Below are positions 1 to 9,449 of a stretch of 63,367 bases of DNA, in pieces (within the stretch, counting starts at the first letter, position 1; each line of letters starts with the position of its first letter). The DNA lies in assembly GCA_050998695.1 (NCBI GenBank), contig JBPCPX010000032.1, positions 1 through 63,367 of the forward strand, in the 5' to 3' direction. The position numbers were made by a program, and so were the translations under genes. The notes beneath the pieces were generated by a model that saw only the letters and a program-made list of their open reading frames with translations, made no database searches and was not told the origin of the DNA. Source of the stretch: Actinomycetota bacterium (lineage in GTDB: Bacteria > Actinomycetota > UBA4738 > HRBIN12).

Positions 1-463
1 CGAGCTGCTCGGGGAGGGGTCTCCGCTTTGTGATGTCGAAGATCGCTCCGCCCAGCCACAGGACCGTCCCCTTGGGCCCGAGGACCCCTTTTCTTTTCTC
101 ATACACCCAGCGGATCCCGGCGTCGGCGCCGACGATCCGATACTCCAGGACGTACGGCTTTCCGCGCGCGACGGCCTCCTCGACGGTCTGTTCGACGGCC
201 TGCCGGTCCTCCCGATGGATGATCGAGGCGAACGTCCGCACGCAGCTCTGGATGAAGTCCGACGCCGGATATCCGGAGATCGACTCGATGTTGTCGCTGA
301 TGAACTCCATCTCCCAGTTCGAGTCGAGCCCGCAGCGGTACATCGCGCCGGGTATGTTCGAGAGCAGCGTCCGGAAGCGCTCTTCGCTGACGCGCAGTTC
401 CTCGAGGGCTCGCACGGAGTCCGCAGGAGGATCTGTCACCGCCGGATCGTGCTCGTGACTCAT
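1..463 (-). CDS. PAS domain-containing signalling protein, N-terminal part only (gene runs off the window start)
   Basis: Own translation of the minus strand from ATG at 463-461 gives MSHEHDPAVTDPPADSVRALEELRVSEERFRTLLSNIPGAMYRCGLDSNWEMEFISDNIESISGYPASDFI..HREDRQAVEQTVEEAVARGKPYVLEYRIVGADAGIRWVYEKRKGVLGPKGTVLWLGGAIFDITKRR, a typical PAS fold pattern. It is absent from the ORF track because there is no stop inside the window. Confidence 0.75.
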   Translation of the reverse strand, partial: MSHEHDPAVTDPPADSVRALEELRVSEERFRTLLSNIPGAMYRCGLDSNWEMEFISDNIESISGYPASDFIQSCVRTFASIIHREDRQAVEQTVEEAVARGKPYVLEYRIVGADAGIRWVYEKRKGVLGPKGTVLWLGGAIFDITKRRPLPEQL

Positions 464-599
464 CTATCCGGTATCGGCGCAGCCACCCGATGCCTGAAGG
501 CGCACCTTGTCGCTCGTCGGTGGGCGCTGGCGGTCGTCGTCCTGTGGCTCCTGCGGGGAGTTAGATGACGTTTGATCAGATCCAACGGAAAGTGGAGGC

Positions 600-986
600 A
601 TGGTCGAGCGCACCCGCTTATGGGGTTTCCGGCACGTCGCGACGCGCTACATGAACCCATTGACGCGCCCCTTCGCGGGTTGGCTGCCGGGCTTCGGGAT
701 CTTGACGCATGAAGGTCGCTCGACCGGACGGGTCTACCGGACCCCGATCAACGTGTTCCGACGGGATGGTGGCTACGTGTTCCTCCTCACGTACGGGTCG
801 GATGTCCAATGGGTGAAGAACGTGCTGGCCGCAGGGAGATGTTCGCTGCGGACGCGAGGGCGAGACATAGTGCTCGTCGATCCCGAACTGATCGACGATC
901 CCGAACGGTCGATCGTCCCGCTCGTCGTCCGGTCGGTCGGGGGCGTGATCCGCGCGAGGCGGTTCCTGCGGATGCGGGCAGCCTGA
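600..986 (+). CDS. deazaflavin (F420H2)-dependent nitroreductase-family oxidoreductase (DUF385/Ddn-like)
   Basis: 128-aa ORF. GILTHEGRSTGRVYRTPINVF..GGYVFLLTYGSDVQWVKNVLAAG resembles the short Ddn-like split-barrel family. Confidence 0.65.
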   Translation: MVERTRLWGFRHVATRYMNPLTRPFAGWLPGFGILTHEGRSTGRVYRTPINVFRRDGGYVFLLTYGSDVQWVKNVLAAGRCSLRTRGRDIVLVDPELIDDPERSIVPLVVRSVGGVIRARRFLRMRAA

Positions 987-1325
987 GCGACGTCGGCGTA
1001 GGCGAACAAGAAGCGGATCTCATCGGCCTGCATCGATGATGTCTCCCGGTGCGTGTCTGGCCGCGGATCGAAGCGTCGTGGAGGACAACCAACGTTCCCG
1101 GGTCGGGCCCGCGTGCGCTCTCCTCGAGGGTAGCAACTTCGTCTGGCCCACCTCCGCGTGTTCCGGGATGTCTTGGGTTCCATCGGGGACGAGGCTGGCA
1201 TTGACGCCCGCGAGTCGACGGTGCAGATTTCCGATAGGGGTTGGGCGTCGCTTCCGACACCGAGGCCGAAGGGATGGAGGGAACCTCGGTGGCCTCGGGC
1301 ACATCGAGAGAACTGGAGGTTCATT

Positions 1326-1751
1326 GTGAAGATCGAGGCCTCGATCGAGATCGACAAGCCGATCGCCGACGTATGGCGCTGGTACGCCGAAGATCACGTC
1401 CGCAACCATCCGCGCTGGAACCCAGACCTGGAGCTCGAACAGATCTCTGACGGTCCGATAGGGGTCGGCACGAAGATCCGGCGGCGGAACACGATGGGGG
1501 AGACTCCCGTCGAGGGCGAGATGGAGGTGACCGAGTTCGACCCGCCCCGCGCGATGGGCGTTTCGATCAGCGACGGGGATTCGGAGACACTCGGCCGGGG
1601 CACGCTCGAGGAGCGAGGACCCGAGCGGACCCTGCTGACCGTCTCGGCCGACATCTCGGGGCTCGATGACCCTGAGACGGCGCAGTTCGTCAAGACCATG
1701 ATGGGCCGGAGCCTCGCCAACATGAAGACCATGATGGAAGCGGAGATCTAA
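1326..1751 (+). CDS. SRPBCC (polyketide cyclase/dehydrase-like) family protein
   Basis: In frame with ORF 1158..1751. The likely GTG start at 1326 gives VKIEASIEIDKPIADVWRWYAED..HPRWNP, a typical SRPBCC N-terminus. Confidence 0.6.
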   Translation: MKIEASIEIDKPIADVWRWYAEDHVRNHPRWNPDLELEQISDGPIGVGTKIRRRNTMGETPVEGEMEVTEFDPPRAMGVSISDGDSETLGRGTLEERGPERTLLTVSADISGLDDPETAQFVKTMMGRSLANMKTMMEAEI

Positions 1752-1994
1752 GGGGTCCGCTTCACGTTCGAACCGCGATGACCGCTCCTGCCGGCCGAGG
1801 AACCTTCCTGGCGTCCAGCACGTGCCCCTCGCGCCGATGCGAGGTGGCTACCGGTGTCGTTCGACATCGACCCCACCCTTCGTCGTCCGATGCGACCGCT
1901 CGCTCGTCCGACCCGGACCGGACGACGACCGTCGCGACCAAGGCATCAGTGTTCTGTGCATTGTGTATTCGTGTCAAGGCACAGCGACTGGCGG

Positions 1995-3104
1995 CTACCG
2001 GGCTGCCTCCCCGAGGTGCTCCGCCATCCAATCCCCTGCGAGCGGCCGGTACTTGTACGGGATGTTGTTGCAGACGTGGTTCCCCTCCGGGTACATCACG
2101 AGCTCGGCGTTGGGGGCCTCACCCGCGACGCGCTCGGCATGCTCGTACGGAACCAGCCGGTCCTGGCGGCCGAAGATCGCGAGGAACGGCTGCGTGACCT
2201 TCGGCAGCACTCCCGTGAGCGTCATCTCGTTCGCGATCGCCTGCGCTTCGTCCAGATCCTTCGCGCCGGAATGGTGCATGAACGTCTCGCGCGAGATCGA
2301 TGGACGATCGGCGATCAGCTCGCCGAACGAGTGGGCGCCGCCGATCGCGCACACGGCCTTCACGCGCGGCTCGAACGCAGCGGTCCGGGGCGCGTAGTAC
2401 CCGCCGAGTGACACGCCGACGACGCCGACCCGGTCGAGGTCGAGGTCGAGGTCGCTCCTGCCGGCCAGGTGGTCGAGCAGCGCGATCGGACCCACCTCGT
2501 AGTCCGCTCGGATGTGGGTGTGGTAGCCGGTCTCGCCCTGGCCCGGCCCGTCGAGCGAGACCGTGGCCATCCCGCGGGCGAGGAACACGTCCTCCCATCG
2601 GAAGAACTCCTCCTTCGTGGAATCCAGGCCGGGGAGCAGGAGGACGAGCGGCGGGCGCTCGACGCCCGGTGGACGACGTAGGTTGGCCACCATCTGCGCG
2701 CCCTCGAACGGGATCTCGAGGCGCTCCGCGGTCGGGTCGAGCAGCCGGTGGGTTTCGCGGATGGCCGACACGGCTCGATCCGAGGCGTCGCGATGCTTGT
2801 CGAGGTCGACCATCCACACGAACTTCGCGAAGTGATAGGAGAGCGCGGCGCGGACCCAGGCGTCGCCGGCCGAGAGCAGTCGGCCGCGTTCCTCGGCCTC
2901 GCGCGCGAGGTCGGCGTGCATGTCGCCGTTCGCGCACCAGGCGTCCAACCAGTCCTCCCATCGCTCGAGGCCGCTCGTGATCCTCCCGAAGTCGCTTGGG
3001 TCGACACCCTGCGAGGTGAACCGTGGTGCCCAGTTCGCCGTCGCGGCCTCGATCCGCTCGTCGCTCATCTCCACACACCTCCCGATCGGGGTGGACACGG
3101 TCAT
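1995..3104 (-). CDS. alpha/beta hydrolase fold protein
   Basis: 369-aa ORF with nucleophile elbow GVSLGG and LLLPGLDSTKEE. The C-terminal ..GNHVCNN fits a catalytic His region. The start may instead be the internal MSDERIEA. Confidence 0.75.
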   Translation of the reverse strand: MTVSTPIGRCVEMSDERIEAATANWAPRFTSQGVDPSDFGRITSGLERWEDWLDAWCANGDMHADLAREAEERGRLLSAGDAWVRAALSYHFAKFVWMVDLDKHRDASDRAVSAIRETHRLLDPTAERLEIPFEGAQMVANLRRPPGVERPPLVLLLPGLDSTKEEFFRWEDVFLARGMATVSLDGPGQGETGYHTHIRADYEVGPIALLDHLAGRSDLDLDLDRVGVVGVSLGGYYAPRTAAFEPRVKAVCAIGGAHSFGELIADRPSISRETFMHHSGAKDLDEAQAIANEMTLTGVLPKVTQPFLAIFGRQDRLVPYEHAERVAGEAPNAELVMYPEGNHVCNNIPYKYRPLAGDWMAEHLGEAAR

Positions 3105-3370
3105 CGCCTCGACGTCGCCGGAGAGGCGATCGAGGCCGTGGTCCTAGTGGTCCTTAGTGTCCCCGGGTGCGGCCGCACACGACAAGGCACCCGAGTGCGG
3201 TCTGTCTGGCGCGCATGCCCTGGTCGCTCTCAAGCCTCCTCCCGCTCTGGTAAAGCTTCGGGAGATGATCAAGGCAGCAGAAGATCGTCAAGGAGCGCAT
3301 CCGGGAGCACGAGGCACAAACAGATCGTTGAGGGATGGCGGACCAGCGCTGCGACACGTACCGTGTGCCG

Positions 3371-3598
3371 ATGGCGACCTACGAGTACCTCTGCCTCTCC
3401 TGCGAGCAGCCGTTCGAGGAGCGCCGGCCCATGACCGGTGATCTCGTCAGGACCGCGATGGCCTGCCCTTCGTGCGGGAGCGACCGAGTGCGCCGTCGAT
3501 TCTCGTTCTCCGCGTCGATCGGGAGCACAGGCGCAACGGCGACCGCCGAGCCCACAAGTGGGGGCTGCTGCGGCGGGGCCTGTGGCTGCGGCAACTGA
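3371..3598 (+). CDS. FmdB-family putative regulatory zinc-ribbon protein
   Basis: MATYEYLCLSCEQPFE...CPSCGS (CxxC..CxxC) plus a Cys/Gly-rich tail CCGGACGCG. The start is taken at the internal ATG of ORF 3335..3598. Confidence 0.8.
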   Translation: MATYEYLCLSCEQPFEERRPMTGDLVRTAMACPSCGSDRVRRRFSFSASIGSTGATATAEPTSGGCCGGACGCGN

Positions 3599-3632
3599 CG
3601 GATCCGGCGTCGCGAACGGCGTCCGCCGTGGG

Positions 3633-4135
3633 GTGACCGAGCCCGCCCACGTCGGGGACGAACGCACCGCCTTGCTGGGGTTCCTGCAGAGGCAGCGCGA
3701 CCTGGTCGCGTGGAAGATGCGCGAGGCGTCCGACGAGACGCTCGCCTCGGTTCGGATGCCGAGCGGCCTCACCTTGCACGGCATCGTCCGGCACCTGGAG
3801 AACGTGGAACGCTCGTGGTTCCGGGAGTTCTTCGGCGGCCAGACCGGATCGCACTTCGACTGGACCGATGAGGATCCCGACGCCGACATGCGAGCCGAGG
3901 GTGTCCCGATGGCCGATCTGCTCGCCGCCTACGCGGCGGAGACCAAGCTGTGCGATGAGGTGATCGCGGCGGCTCCCTCCCTCGATGCCACGGCTGTTGA
4001 TCCGGACGTCACGTACTCGCTGCGCTGGGTCTCGTGCATATGATCGAAGAGACCGGGCGGCACCGCGGCCACATCGACCTGCTACGTGAGCAAGCAGACG
4101 GCGCGGTCGGCGAGGTGCCTCCGGCGGACGCGTGA
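3633..4135 (+). pseudogene. DinB/DUF664-family protein interrupted by a 1-nt frameshift near 4031
   Basis: Frame A (ORF 3438..4043) ends ..TYSLRWVSCI*. Frame A-1 continues [24 protein letters not shown]..* (stop 4133-4135). The joined [24 protein letters not shown] is the hallmark DinB_2/DUF664 C-terminal motif. Confidence 0.7.
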
Positions 4136-4185
4136 GTGGTCCCGACACCGGGTTGTGACCGACATCTCCTGGATAACGTCATGAC

Positions 4186-4788
4186 GTGGAAGGGATGGCG
4201 GGCTACTTCACGGCGCTTGGCCTCTCGACGGCGGCCGGTCTCAACGCGTACATCCCGCTGCTGACCGTCGGGCTGCTCAACCGATACACGGACCTGATCG
4301 ACCTCCCGGCGCCGTGGGACAACCTCGGTGATCCGCTCATCCTGGGGATCGTCGGCGTCGTCGGGGTGGCCGACTTCATCGGCGACAAGGTGCCCATCGT
4401 CGATCACGTGTTGCACGTCTTCGGTCTGGCCGTCGCGCCGGTCGTGGGAGGGCTGCTGGCACTCGCGTCCGCGAGTGCGTTCGACCTCGATCCGAGCGTG
4501 ACGGCCGGGCTGGGTGTCGGTGCCGCGCTGGCGACGCAGGTCGGCCGGACCGCAGCCCGCCCCGTCTCGACGGCGGTGACCGGAGGGGGCGGCAATCCCG
4601 TGGTGAGCCTCGGCGAGGACGGTGTCTCCGGCGCGCTCGCCTTCACGGCGGTGGTGTGGCCCGTGGTAGCCGCCGTCCTCGCGGCGGTCGTGCTCGTCGC
4701 GGTCTTCGTCCTCTGGCGGAAGTGGCGCTCGTTCCGGTCCCGCTTCCCGGCGCGTGGGCGTTCCCCAGGGCAGGGCACGATCGGGTAG
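4186..4788 (+). CDS. DUF4126 domain-containing membrane protein
   Basis: 200-aa hydrophobic ORF with LSTAAGLNAYIPLLTVGLLNRY, as seen in DUF4126 proteins. Confidence 0.65.
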   Translation: MEGMAGYFTALGLSTAAGLNAYIPLLTVGLLNRYTDLIDLPAPWDNLGDPLILGIVGVVGVADFIGDKVPIVDHVLHVFGLAVAPVVGGLLALASASAFDLDPSVTAGLGVGAALATQVGRTAARPVSTAVTGGGGNPVVSLGEDGVSGALAFTAVVWPVVAAVLAAVVLVAVFVLWRKWRSFRSRFPARGRSPGQGTIG

Positions 4789-4820
4789 AGCGTCCTGGTC
4801 CGTCCGTAGACTCCCGCACC

Positions 4821-5929
4821 ATGCCGATGAAGCCTCTCGAGCTGTCGCGGCGTCGGATGGCCAACTCGCGGCTCACGGGGAACGGCTTCGAGACGGCGGA
4901 GGAGGTCGTCGGGTGGCACCTGGCGATGCAGGCGCAGGATTATGGTCCGGCGACGTGGTCGATCGGTCAGCGATCGACCGGGCTGCGCAGCGACGACCTC
5001 GATGAGGCCCTGGCGTCCGGCTCGATCGTCCGCACGCACGTCCTCAGGCCGACGTGGCATTTCGTGGCCCGGGACGACATCCGCTGGCTGCTCGCGCTCA
5101 GCGGTCCGCGTGTGCAGCAGGGGAACGCCGGCCGATACCGTGAGCTCGGGCTGGACGAACGGACACGGGCCCGCGCTGCGAAGGTGATCGTCTCCGCGCT
5201 CGAGGCGGGAACCGTCTCACGCGGAAGGAGCTCGGTGCGGTGCTGGACGACGCCGACATCGACCGAACCGGGCAGCGGATGCCCTACATCCTGAGTCACT
5301 GCGAGCTGGAAGCCATGATCGGCAGCGGCGGCCTCACGGGGAAGCAGCAGACGTTCGCGCTCCTGGACGACCGGGTCCCTGCGGCCGGTCCGTTCGACCG
5401 CGACGACGCGCTCGTTGAACTGGTCCGCCGCTACCTCAGGAGCCACGGCCCAGCGACCGTGAAGGACATGAGCTGGTGGTCGGGGCTCACGATGACCGAT
5501 CTCCGGAGGGCGCTCGATCTGCTGGGGCCCTCCGAGGCCCGGAGCGATACGGTCGACGGACTCGAGCTGTGGTCGGTCGCGTCGGACGACCCCGCTCCAC
5601 GCCCCGTCCGTGGCGCGCACCTCCTCCAGACCTACGACGAGCTCGTCGTCGGCTACACCGAGTCACGCTTCCACGGCGAGCCGGGCGCGGAGAAGGCTCG
5701 CGCGGCGTGGGGGGACCGGACGTATCCGAGCGGCTTGTTCCTCCTGAACGGCCGCGTCGGTGGTCACTGGAGGCGGACGTTCGAGCGGGATGCGATCCAC
5801 GTCGAAGTGCACTTCTACGAAGAGCCGAAGCGAGGCGGGACGAGAGCGGTCGAGAAAGCGGCCGCGGACCTGGGTCGTTTCCATGGACTCCCCGCGCACG
5901 TGGAGGTGCTTTCCTCGGGAGGCCGGTAG
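4821..5929 (+). pseudogene. winged-helix DNA-binding protein (YcaQ/DUF1006-like) interrupted by a 1-nt frameshift near 5207-5210
   Basis: The N-terminal half lies in frame of ORF 4656..5294 (MPMKPLELSRRRMANSRL..HLAMQAQDYGPATWSIGQRS..RTHVLRPTWHFVARDDIRWLL). The rest lies in frame -1 (ORF 5240..5929, preceded in that frame by NRLTRKELGAVLDD). The two halves join at the GGG run in gaggcgggaacc. Confidence 0.7.
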
Positions 5930-5938
5930 GGTTCGGCC

Positions 5939-6370
5939 GTGCGGCGGGACCTGCGTGTCGAGGATCTGGATGGCTTCCTCGAGGAGCCTCTCGTCGCCGT
6001 GCTTGCCACTCTTCGGGACGACGGCACCGTCCTGCTCTCGCCGGTCTGGCACGAATGGCGCGACGGCGGCTTCAACGTGTGGGTCGGGGCCGACGACGTG
6101 AAGGCGCGACATCTGCGGCGCGACCCCCGTGCCTCGATCCTCGTCGCGGACTCGGAGCCTCCCCTTCGGGGCATCGAGATCCGATGCTCCGCCAGGATCC
6201 TCGAGAAGGATGCGCGCGAGACCGCGGTGCGGATCGCGAGCAGATACATCGGTCCCGAGAAGGGCTCCGCCTATGTCGGGTCGGAGGGCAACCACGTAAC
6301 CGTCCGGCTCGAGCCCGGTGAACTCCGCGTCTGGGACTTCGCCGACGAGTACGACGAGATGAGTTCCTGA
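5939..6370 (+). CDS. pyridoxamine 5'-phosphate oxidase-like (PPOX class, probably F420-dependent) protein
   Basis: 143-aa ORF. LVAVLATLRDDGTVLLSPVWHEW..VWVGADDVKARHLRRDPRASI is a typical PPOX/FMN-binding split-barrel pattern. Confidence 0.6.
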   Translation: MRRDLRVEDLDGFLEEPLVAVLATLRDDGTVLLSPVWHEWRDGGFNVWVGADDVKARHLRRDPRASILVADSEPPLRGIEIRCSARILEKDARETAVRIASRYIGPEKGSAYVGSEGNHVTVRLEPGELRVWDFADEYDEMSS

Positions 6371-6415
6371 CGTCGTGTTGTCCCGGTGGGAAGCCACGCG
6401 CGAGACGGAGTGGGC

Positions 6416-6931
6416 TTACAGGTAGCGGGCGGCGGCCATCCCGATCACGGCGACGATCAGCAGGGGGACGATCGCCTTGCCGGCAGCGATGCCGCGACGC
6501 TGGAGCGCCTGGAGCTGTGCGGCCTGCTCGGGTGTGGGAGGGCCGCCGCTCGCAGCGACCGCACGTCCGATGGCGAGGTTCTCCATGATCATGGGGCGAA
6601 CGACCGAGCCGCCGATCGCGAACGCAGCGATCGCGCAGAGGGCTCCCACCGTGAGTGAGACGCCGGGAGCCGAGCCGATCCAGTCCGCGTCGAGTCCGTC
6701 GGAGACGCGCCAATACATCAGGAGTCCGGCGAGCACGGTCAGGCCGGCCGCGCCCAGCACGAAGTCGATCAACCGCTTGCGTCCGGCCAGGTGCATCATG
6801 AACGGTCCGGCGGCCGGGCCGATCTCTCGAGCCGTCGGCTGGATGAACAGCAGCGTCGTGAGCGCCGCGCCCACCCAGAAGACCCCGGCCAGGATGTGCA
6901 CGATCCGCAGCACCACCATGTAGGTGTCCAT
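6416..6931 (-). CDS. integral membrane protein of unknown function (about 4 TM segments)
   Basis: 171-aa ORF with several hydrophobic stretches (VHILAGVFWVGAALTTLLFI, VLGAAGLTVLAGLLMYW, VGALCAIAAFAIGG, IVPLLIVAVIGMAAA). No family recognised. Confidence 0.5.
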   Translation of the reverse strand: MDTYMVVLRIVHILAGVFWVGAALTTLLFIQPTAREIGPAAGPFMMHLAGRKRLIDFVLGAAGLTVLAGLLMYWRVSDGLDADWIGSAPGVSLTVGALCAIAAFAIGGSVVRPMIMENLAIGRAVAASGGPPTPEQAAQLQALQRRGIAAGKAIVPLLIVAVIGMAAARYL

Positions 6932-7026
6932 CCGCAGTCCTTCCCAGTCTTTGGCCTCAGTCGTTCAAGATGGGGACGCTAACGGCCGGGAAGGCCGCGA
7001 GCAAGCCTGACGGCCCTTCGAGCTTC

Positions 7027-7989
7027 CTACCGGTCGCCGATCGCCGGCAGGAGTTCGCTCTTAGCGAACTCGAGGAACTCCTCTTGCCGCGGCCCCACCT
7101 GATGCAGGAAGACGTGATCGAACCCGACGTCTTCGAACTCGCCGATCTTCTCGAGGATCGGGTCGGTGCCGGGACCGCACACCACCTTCTCGGCGACCGC
7201 GTCGGCAGTGACCAGCTCGGCGATCAGCTCGAAGTGCTGCGGCTCCGCGAGCTCCACGCTGAGCTCACCCGGGGCGCACGTGTTGGGCCACCACTCGAGT
7301 GCCTCCTGCTTCGCCTTCTCCTCGTCGGTGCCATAGCACACCGTCAGCTGGCCGTAGACGGGGTTGCCCTCGCCCCCCGCGTCCTGGAACTCCTGCACGA
7401 GCTCGGCGTCGGGCTTGGTCGTGATCAGGGCGTCGCCGCTCCGGCCGGCGAGCGCGGCCGCCTTCGGGATCGAGGCCGCCACCGCGATCGGGGGCGAGGT
7501 CTCGGGCAGGGTGTAGAGCCGGGCGCGATCCACGGTGAAGTGGTCCGTCCACTCGGTGACGAGCTCACCGGTCCAGAGCCGGCGGATCAGCTCGATCGCC
7601 TCCTCGAGCATGTCGAGGCGCTCGTCCGGATGGGGCCATCCCATGCCGACGACGTGTTCGTTCAGCTGTTCCCCGCTCCCGAGACCCAGGATGAAGCGGT
7701 CGGGGAGGAGGGCCGCCGTGGTGGCCGCCGCCTGGGCGATGATCGCCGGATGGATCCGGATCGTCGGGCAGGTGACCGCGGTCATGATCGGCACGTGCTC
7801 CGTCTTGACGGAGAGACCGCCGAGGATGCTCCAGACGAGCGGACTCTGGCCCTGCCGCGATGTCCAGGGATGGAAGTGGTCCGAGATCGTCAGGAAGTCG
7901 AAGCCCGACTCCTCCGCGATCCGCCCGTACAGGAGGAGGTCCCCGGGAGCCTGCTCCTCGCTCGACAGCGAGTAGCCGATCTGCACCAT
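7027..7989 (-). CDS. LLM-class F420-dependent oxidoreductase (G6PDH-like family)
   Basis: MVQIGYSLSSEEQAPGDLLLYGRIAEESGFDFLTISDHFHPW..SPLVWSILGGLS..VTCPTIRIHPAIIAQAAATTA..FILGLGSGEQLNEH matches the luciferase-like monooxygenase F420 G6PDH-family pattern. The start is taken at the internal ATG at 7989. Confidence 0.75.
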   Translation of the reverse strand: MVQIGYSLSSEEQAPGDLLLYGRIAEESGFDFLTISDHFHPWTSRQGQSPLVWSILGGLSVKTEHVPIMTAVTCPTIRIHPAIIAQAAATTAALLPDRFILGLGSGEQLNEHVVGMGWPHPDERLDMLEEAIELIRRLWTGELVTEWTDHFTVDRARLYTLPETSPPIAVAASIPKAAALAGRSGDALITTKPDAELVQEFQDAGGEGNPVYGQLTVCYGTDEEKAKQEALEWWPNTCAPGELSVELAEPQHFELIAELVTADAVAEKVVCGPGTDPILEKIGEFEDVGFDHVFLHQVGPRQEEFLEFAKSELLPAIGDR

Positions 7990-8033
7990 GGGGGCATCTT
8001 GTCCGCGTCGGAAGGAGCCCAAACCTCCGGCAG

Positions 8034-8756
8034 TCAGGAGTGCTCCGGGCTCTCGCCCACGACCACCCGGAGGAGGACACCGTTGGGCGCCGGCCCCCCG
8101 GTTCCGTAGCCGACGCGTTCGATCGTCATCGCCGGGGCCGCGCCGAAGCCGGAGGCGGCGACCGCGAGGATCGCCACGCCGGTGGGCGTCACCAGTTCGC
8201 CCTCGGCGTCCTGCGGTTCCACGGGGATCTCTCGGAGCAGCTCGAGCGTCGCGGGCGCGGGGACGGGGATACGGCCGTGGGCGGTCTCCACCGTCCCGTG
8301 CCCGAACGGCAGCGCTGAGGCAAAGATCCGCTCGATCCCGAGGTCCTCCGATGCGAGGGCGGTGCCGACCACCCCGACGAATGACCGCAGCGAGCCGACC
8401 TCGTGGAACCGAACGGCGGCCGTCTCCGATGCATGAACGCGGGCCTCGGCCTCGGCGAGTCGTCGGTAGACTCCGAGCGCGATGTCACGGGCCGCATCCG
8501 GGAGGGAGGCGGCAGTGATGAGCGCTTCCATGTCGCTGAGCCCGCGCCCGACTTGCTCGTCTCCGCCGACGATCGAGACCGTCCTCGCGCGGAATGGGCC
8601 GACCATCGTGTCGTCGAGCCTGATACGGGAACGGTCCACGCCGAAGACACCGAGGCGGGCTGCAAGCTCCTCGACGTCGGCGCCCGCGTCGAGGAGCGCC
8701 GCTAGCGTCGCCCCTCCGCTGATGCCGCGGGCGCAATCGAAGTAGGCGACCCTCAT
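8034..8756 (-). CDS. larC: LarC-like nickel insertion protein, N-terminal (LarC1-like) domain only, 240 aa
   Basis: MRVAYFDCARGISGGATLAALLDAGAD..AEAEARVHASETAAVRFHEVGSLRSFVGVVG..HGRIPVPAPATLELL..ELVTPTGVAILA..VGYGTG matches the LarC/DUF111 N-terminal domain. The ATG at 8756 overlaps the larB stop (ATGA). Confidence 0.7.
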   Translation of the reverse strand: MRVAYFDCARGISGGATLAALLDAGADVEELAARLGVFGVDRSRIRLDDTMVGPFRARTVSIVGGDEQVGRGLSDMEALITAASLPDAARDIALGVYRRLAEAEARVHASETAAVRFHEVGSLRSFVGVVGTALASEDLGIERIFASALPFGHGTVETAHGRIPVPAPATLELLREIPVEPQDAEGELVTPTGVAILAVAASGFGAAPAMTIERVGYGTGGPAPNGVLLRVVVGESPEHS

Positions 8757-9400
8757 CCCCGGATCATCCGGTGGGCCGCCATCGCTGCTCCCAAACCGTT
8801 GTCGATGTTGACCACCACGACTCCGGGGACGCAGGAGCTGAGCATGCCGAGCAGGGCGGCAAGGCCATCGAACGTCGCGCCGTAGCCGACGCTCGTCGGC
8901 ACCGCGATCACGGGAGCCGGGACGAGGCCGGCGACGACCGAGGGCAGCGCACCCTCCATCCCGGCGACCACGATCACACAATCCATCCGCTCGAGGGTCG
9001 GCACCCGCTCGAGGACGCGGTGGACGCCGGCGACACCGACGTCGGTGATCCGCTCGACCGACAGCCCGAACGATTCCGCGGTGACCGCGGCCTCCTCCGC
9101 GACCGGAAGGTCCGACGTGCCGGCGGACACGACCGCGACCGTCCGGTGCCGATCGGTGGCCGGTCTGACCACGATCAGGTTCGCGATCTCGTGGTGGCGA
9201 GCGTCGGGGTGCTGCTCCGCGACGGCTCGCACCTGCTCGGCGGTGGCACGCGACACGAGGATCGGCCGGACATCGGCTCGGATCAGGGCGTCGACGACCG
9301 CCAGCACCTGTTCCGGAGTCTTCCCCGGTCCGTAGATGACCTCGGGTTGCCCCGTCCGCGCCTCGCGGCCGGTGTCCGGCTGCACCTGTGGCTCCTCCAA
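8753..9400 (-). CDS. larB: LarB, nickel-pincer cofactor biosynthesis protein (PurE-like pyridinium-3,5-biscarboxylic acid mononucleotide synthase)
   Basis: VAVVSAGTSDLPVAEEAAVTAESFG..VGVAGVHR..VIVVAGMEGALPSVVAGL..PVIAVPTSVGYG is the LarB/AIR-carboxylase-like signature. Confidence 0.8.
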   Translation of the reverse strand: MEEPQVQPDTGREARTGQPEVIYGPGKTPEQVLAVVDALIRADVRPILVSRATAEQVRAVAEQHPDARHHEIANLIVVRPATDRHRTVAVVSAGTSDLPVAEEAAVTAESFGLSVERITDVGVAGVHRVLERVPTLERMDCVIVVAGMEGALPSVVAGLVPAPVIAVPTSVGYGATFDGLAALLGMLSSCVPGVVVVNIDNGLGAAMAAHRMIRG

Positions 9401-9449
9401 GGCTCGGATGTTAACGGGAGCGACGTGGCGACCGGGCTAGACTCCGTCG

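Noticed and set aside
987-1325. 339-bp gap between the nitroreductase-like gene and the SRPBCC gene, examined as a possible degraded gene or small RNA
   Set aside because: All six frames give low-complexity Arg/Pro/Gly peptides with no motif. I found no convincing hairpins or repeats. It is left unannotated.
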